From Gammaproteobacteria bacterium (GTDB lineage: Bacteria; Pseudomonadota; Gammaproteobacteria; Eutrophobiales; Eutrophobiaceae), in NCBI GenBank assembly GCA_965222155.1, contig CBDCTH010000012.1, positions 2,144,001 through 2,208,000 on the forward strand: 64,000 bases of DNA, read 5' to 3'. The notes beneath the pieces are model-generated. The model was not told where the DNA came from and did not search any database. It was given only the letters and a program-made list of their open reading frames with translations. Position numbers and translations under genes: made by a program. Positions 59,212-64,000 of this stretch are shown piece by piece; the first letter of the stretch is position 1; each line of letters starts with the position of its first letter.

Positions 59212-60219
59212 CTAGGGTGTTCTATAGAGATGGCAACGAACACTTTGTTTGCCGATCATATGTACCTGAGGTTCTTCATTCCTACAGGCAGACCAGGCGG
59301 CAGGGCAGCGCGAAGAAAATCTGCAAGCAGTCAATTTATGGCCGGCGTCAGCGCTGCTTTTTATCTCAATTGGGTCCGGGAGGGATGCTTTCGGTGCTAT
59401 TGACAGCGATGCATCTTTTAGTTCCCGTGTGTAGGGATGAAGGGGCGCATGCAGCACCTGTTCGCAAGGGCCATGTTCGATGATCTGCCCCTGGTACATT
59501 ACTGCAACTTCATCTGCAATAGCATTAGCCACCGCAAGATCATGCGTGATGAACAAGTAAGTCAAATTGAGTGATTCCTGTAAGGCTTTGAGAAGTCCCA
59601 GTATTTGCGCTTGAACAGATACATCAAGCGCTGAGGTCGGTTCATCAAGAAGCACGATTTGCGGGTCAAGTATTAACGCCCGGGCAATCATGATCCTTTG
59701 TTGCTGTCCACCGGACAACAAGTGTGGTTTTCGATCCAGGGTCTTTTTTGGTATTTGAGTCAGTTCCAATAGCCGATCAAGTCTGCGTAGCCGCTCCATC
59801 CGATCTTGCACGGCATGCGTAAGCAGCGGTCCTTCAAGGATCCGTCGTATAGTATGCTTTGGATTGAGCGATCCCGCCGGATCTTGAAATACAGGTTGAA
59901 CCAGTTTTGCAAGTTCCAGGCGCGGAATACTATGCATTGATCGCCCGAACAAAAATATTGAACCCCGGGTTGGCGCCTCAAGTCCTGATAACATTCTAAT
60001 CAATGTCGATTTCCCGCTTCCTGACTCACCGACCAGCGCGACGCAACTTTTCTTCGTGACTTTCAAAGAAAAGCAATCAACGGCGATCAACATTGATCGC
60101 TTTGAAAACAAAGACCCTTTCGAAAGATAGACCTTCGATACTGCTTCACAACGTAAAGCCGGTTCATCTTTTGAGTACTTGATCGGGCTCAACTCAGTCA
60201 TTATCCGTGGGTACTCCAT
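59212..60219 (-). CDS. Dpp/Opp ABC ATP-binding protein (F-type)
   Basis: [37 protein letters not shown]. Confidence 0.9.
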   Translation of the reverse strand: MEYPRIMTELSPIKYSKDEPALRCEAVSKVYLSKGSLFSKRSMLIAVDCFSLKVTKKSCVALVGESGSGKSTLIRMLSGLEAPTRGSIFLFGRSMHSIPRLELAKLVQPVFQDPAGSLNPKHTIRRILEGPLLTHAVQDRMERLRRLDRLLELTQIPKKTLDRKPHLLSGGQQQRIMIARALILDPQIVLLDEPTSALDVSVQAQILGLLKALQESLNLTYLFITHDLAVANAIADEVAVMYQGQIIEHGPCEQVLHAPLHPYTRELKDASLSIAPKASLPDPIEIKSSADAGHKLTACRFSSRCPAAWSACRNEEPQVHMIGKQSVRCHLYRTP

Positions 60220-61198
60220 ACCCGGTTAACAAGCATCTGGAATTATGTGCGCTATCAATCTCTCGAAATGGAATCCTGCCCTTTTGACACTCTTCCATCG
60301 CTTGCGTACAACGCTCGGAAAAACGGCATCCCATCATACCTTTTGTATATGACGATACTATCCCCGGAATTGCAGGGGGTATTTTTTGACGAAACCAGGA
60401 TTCGAGTCGAGGCACACACATTAGCAAGGACTGTGTATAAGGGTGTGCAGGATTTTGCAGTACCCCTTGAACTGATCCGGTTTCAATGATTTGGCCGGAG
60501 TACATTACTGCCACGCGGTCGCCGATATGAGTAACAACACCCAGGTCATGGGTGATAAACAATAGTCCTAATTCAAATATTGATTGCAATTCCTGGAATA
60601 GCCGTAAAATTTGAAGCCTCAAGCTTGTATCGAGCGCTGTAGTTGGCTCATCGGCAATCAGCACAGCCGGGTCGCACATCAATGCCGTCGCAATTAGAAT
60701 CCTTTGGCGTTGTCCACCAGACAATTGATGAGGGTATTGGCTAAGTCTCAGAACCGGATCACCAATTCCGACTCGTTCAAGCAGATATTCTGCCTTTTCA
60801 CTGGCTTCGCGTCGCGACCCTTTGTCATGGTGAATGAATCCTTCTGTCATTTGCCTCCTGATTGTCAGTAAAGGATTGAGAGCATTCATGGGATCCTGAA
60901 ATACTGCGCTTATTCGGTCGCCCCTGAGAGTTGAGAAAGGGGGCGCGCTGCTACTGGTCATATTAATGCCGTCAATTAACAATCCCTTCATGAATACCTG
61001 GCAGGGATCGGGACATAATCCCAGCAAGGAAAGTGCTGTCATGGACTTCCCACAGCCTGACTCACCCACCAGGCAAAGCGTCTCCCCCCGGGAGATTGTA
61101 AAACTGACATCATCAACCAACATTAATTGTTGTTCACCCTCTTTTACCTCAACCGAGAGAGCATTCAATTCCAGGACATTGGGAGAAAATTGCGTCAT
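60194..61198 (-). CDS. Dpp/Opp ABC ATP-binding protein (D-type)
   Basis: GESGCGKS, YPHQLSGGQRQR, ADEPTTALD. Confidence 0.9.
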   Translation of the reverse strand: MTQFSPNVLELNALSVEVKEGEQQLMLVDDVSFTISRGETLCLVGESGCGKSMTALSLLGLCPDPCQVFMKGLLIDGINMTSSSAPPFSTLRGDRISAVFQDPMNALNPLLTIRRQMTEGFIHHDKGSRREASEKAEYLLERVGIGDPVLRLSQYPHQLSGGQRQRILIATALMCDPAVLIADEPTTALDTSLRLQILRLFQELQSIFELGLLFITHDLGVVTHIGDRVAVMYSGQIIETGSVQGVLQNPAHPYTQSLLMCVPRLESWFRQKIPPAIPGIVSSYTKGMMGCRFSERCTQAMEECQKGRIPFREIDSAHNSRCLLTGYGVPTDND

Positions 61199-62034
61199 TA
61201 TGCGCGTCCGGATAGTTGGAACCCGTTACCAATCAAATTGATGCCAAGTACCAGCAGACATATCGCTAATCCTGGTAAAACAACCAAATGCGGCAGGAAA
61301 AAGAATAAATCCCGGGCTTCTGCCACCATTAACCCCCAGGATGCTGATGGCGGCTGCACACCTAATCCAAGGAAAGATAGTGCAGCCTCCACAAGGATTG
61401 CATGTGCCATTTCAATGGTTGATATGGCAAACACCTGCATACCGACATTCGGCAGGACCTCGCGTGCTATCACTTGCAAATGAGATGCACCGGTTGCACG
61501 AGCCGCAAGGATGAATTGCCTGGCTCGAAGCTGTTGGGTTGCAGCACGAATAACGACTGCAAACCTGTCCCAAAACAGTAGTCCGAGTACCAGTGCCGCG
61601 GTAATAAACGAGCCGCCTGTAATCGAGACTATCGCTAATGTAACCAAAACGACAGGAAGACTCAGCCGCGTCGTAATTATGAACATAATGAAAGCATCAA
61701 TACGCCCGCCAAAATACCCTCCGATCAATCCCAGCAATATTCCGATCGGCGCTGAGATTGCGACGACAATCACCGCGATGGAGATTGAAATACGTCCCCC
61801 GTAAATCAATCTGCTGAGATAATCGCGGCCAAAACCATCTGTTCCAAATGGATGCGACCAATGACCGGCACCTGACCAAACAGGCGGCTGAAGACGTATA
61901 ACCAGATCCTGGGCATATGGATCATAAGGAGCGATCCAAGGCGCCAAGACTGCAATTGTGATTATTAAGGCGACAAGACAAAGCCCGATTTTAAGCTGGA
62001 ATGTTAATTTTTGAGGTTGTTTCAGGTCAGTCAT
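61198..62034 (-). CDS. Dpp/Opp ABC permease (C-type)
   Basis: HPFGTD..GRD..SRL.YG.RIS, EAALSFLGLG..PP..SWG. Confidence 0.9.
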   Translation of the reverse strand: MTDLKQPQKLTFQLKIGLCLVALIITIAVLAPWIAPYDPYAQDLVIRLQPPVWSGAGHWSHPFGTDGFGRDYLSRLIYGGRISISIAVIVVAISAPIGILLGLIGGYFGGRIDAFIMFIITTRLSLPVVLVTLAIVSITGGSFITAALVLGLLFWDRFAVVIRAATQQLRARQFILAARATGASHLQVIAREVLPNVGMQVFAISTIEMAHAILVEAALSFLGLGVQPPSASWGLMVAEARDLFFFLPHLVVLPGLAICLLVLGINLIGNGFQLSGRA

Positions 62035-62951
62035 GTGTTAATCCGGAGGCGTGGATCAATCAGCATATTGAGAATGTCTGCAAGTAATGTCAGCAATACG
62101 TAAATAGCCGCGAGACAAATTACGATTATCTGGACGACGGGAAAGTCTACGCGTTCGATAGACAGCAGGGCCAGACGACCAATCCCATCCAGCGCAAACA
62201 CGGTTTCGACAACTACCGAGCCCGCCAGTAACTGACCGAGTTGCACAGAGGTTAACGATACGATGGGAAGAATCGCATTCGGCAATGCATGTACTATGAG
62301 AATTTGCGCCGTGCTGAGCCCCTTAGCCCTGGCAGTTTGAATGAATTTCGCTCTTAAAACTTCAGCTATTCCGGTTTTGGTGACGCGGGTTAGAACAGGA
62401 AGCACAGCGATCCCTAACGTTATCGTAGGCAGCACGAAGTGCCGCAAGGAATCAGTTCCTGCAACGGGAAGCCAGCCGAGGTAGATTCCGAAAAAAGCGG
62501 AGAGCATTAACGCAAGCCAGAAGCTCGGAATCGACTGACCAAGGGTTACCAGGGCAGTCTCAAGCCAATGTACCCATGAATTTTGTTTATAGGCAGATGC
62601 AATCCCTAACGGAATTGAAACTATCAATGCAAACAACAGCGCCAAGCCGGCAAGCTTTGCTGTTACTGACAGGTGTGATGCCATGAGGGCAGAAACGGGC
62701 TCTTGAGTAAACAGCGAATTCCCCATATTCCCTGTGATCAAATTCTGCGCCCAGTCAAAATACTGTAATGGCAGGGGTCGGTCCAATCCAAGCTCATGAC
62801 GTAACTGCTCTATTTCTGCCATGGTCGCGTTTACGCCCGCATACTCCACCGCAAGGTCACCGGATAAGCGCAGCAAACTAAATGCAAGAACTGAAACTAT
62901 CGCGGTTACCAGCAGGCCGACGCCAACTCTGGTGAGCAGGAAGTTGCGCAT
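62031..62951 (-). CDS. Dpp/Opp ABC permease (B-type)
   Basis: LGLDRPL..QY, TARAKGL, HALPNA, VVVETVF, DPRL. Confidence 0.9.
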   Translation of the reverse strand: MRNFLLTRVGVGLLVTAIVSVLAFSLLRLSGDLAVEYAGVNATMAEIEQLRHELGLDRPLPLQYFDWAQNLITGNMGNSLFTQEPVSALMASHLSVTAKLAGLALLFALIVSIPLGIASAYKQNSWVHWLETALVTLGQSIPSFWLALMLSAFFGIYLGWLPVAGTDSLRHFVLPTITLGIAVLPVLTRVTKTGIAEVLRAKFIQTARAKGLSTAQILIVHALPNAILPIVSLTSVQLGQLLAGSVVVETVFALDGIGRLALLSIERVDFPVVQIIVICLAAIYVLLTLLADILNMLIDPRLRINT

Positions 62952-62955
62952 GAGT

Positions 62956-64000
62956 TCAGTCCTCCGGTGTGTTACGAAGACCCAGTCTTGTCACGTCCGG
63001 GAATGGCAGCCCCCCCGATTCATATATGAGGTCATTATGAAATACAAAGCTGATAGGATTGGTGTACAGGGGCACGGTATATGTACGGTCAGAAATGTAA
63101 TGCAACACATCTTCAAAAAGGTCTCTTCTTTGCGCTGTATCTGTTTCTGCAATAGCACGACTGACCATGCGTGTAAGTGCCGGATCACGCGCGTAGTCCG
63201 CAGGGCCGAAACTGAAAAACGTGGGTAGTGTTGCTGCCACATCAAATAAGTCGCCGCCATAACTCACCAGACTGATAACTGATTCACCGGCCATGAACTT
63301 TTTTCTCCATGCTGGAAGCGTATAGGTACGGAGAGAGATATCAATACCCACTTGTCGTAATTGCCATTGAAGCACTTCTCCCACTTTCCGTAACTCGTCC
63401 GACCCAACCATGATTTCTAAATTGATCATGTCTTCGTAACCTGCTTCTATCAACGAGCTTTTTGCTTTAGCGGGATCGAAATACAAGTAATCATTTTGGG
63501 GTATGGACAGGCAATTCTGTTGCGCAGGATGGCAATGATAATAAAGAGCTTCAACACTGCCGGCCATGAAATTTTCGGTAATACTTTCTCGATCTATGGC
63601 GTGAGTTATTGCCCGTCGAACCAGTGAATTTACCAGTAAGTCACTGCTGTTTCGTCCTCCGGCATTAAGGCTCAGAAACGTTATTCTTGCGCTATCGGTG
63701 TACGCAACAGTCAGTTGAGAATACTTACTCAAAAAGCGGACATGATCGGCTGGTAATCCCCAGATAAAATCCAGTGATCCTTTTAACAACTCTGCGATCT
63801 GCGTTTGAAGGTCCGGTACCGTTCTGATAATCAGTCTGCTCACAGCCGCCGCTGATTTCGGGCCTTCGAAGTAGTCGTTATTCGCTATCAGCACCGCCTG
63901 TTTCCCGGGCTCCAGCGTTAATACCTGATAAGGTCCTGTACCAATCGGCGCAGTTCGGTGGATAAGATGCCCACCGTTGTCTTGTGTGTAAGTCTGCGGC
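62956..64000 (-). CDS. Family 5 ABC substrate-binding protein (5' end outside window)
   Basis: Frame is open to the window edge with PIGTGPY; VRRAI.HAIDR motif. Confidence 0.88.
   Translation of the reverse strand, partial: PQTYTQDNGGHLIHRTAPIGTGPYQVLTLEPGKQAVLIANNDYFEGPKSAAAVSRLIIRTVPDLQTQIAELLKGSLDFIWGLPADHVRFLSKYSQLTVAYTDSARITFLSLNAGGRNSSDLLVNSLVRRAITHAIDRESITENFMAGSVEALYYHCHPAQQNCLSIPQNDYLYFDPAKAKSSLIEAGYEDMINLEIMVGSDELRKVGEVLQWQLRQVGIDISLRTYTLPAWRKKFMAGESVISLVSYGGDLFDVAATLPTFFSFGPADYARDPALTRMVSRAIAETDTAQRRDLFEDVLHYISDRTYTVPLYTNPISFVFHNDLIYESGGLPFPDVTRLGLRNTPED

Overview
A 64 kb stretch of gammaproteobacterial chromosome. Conserved housekeeping blocks (dapE, aceA, clpS-clpA, rmuC, nnr-tsaE-amiC-mutL-miaA-hfq) and catabolic/transport blocks (ribose ABC with ribokinase, manD-NSS-kdgK/eda, two TonB receptors, fuconate dehydratase/FAH/tannase, a Dpp-type ABC operon) are interleaved with decaying accessory patches. 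The accessory DNA holds about eight toxin-antitoxin-like modules and an SphI-like R-M system. In several of these the toxic partner alone is broken (nonsense codon, truncation, MITE insertion, frameshift). It also holds a tandem duplication of kdgK-eda-antitoxin, a plcP::glycosyltransferase deletion chimera, an IS5 copy, and a nested set of very small mobile elements (29 bp, 72 bp, about 170 bp and 243 bp) that insert into genes and into one another. The best candidates for undescribed biology are an unannotated two-gene cassette with a permuted papain-like His/Cys signature (40740-42102) and the nested micro-element families. All family assignments are motif recognition by eye; no database searches were run.
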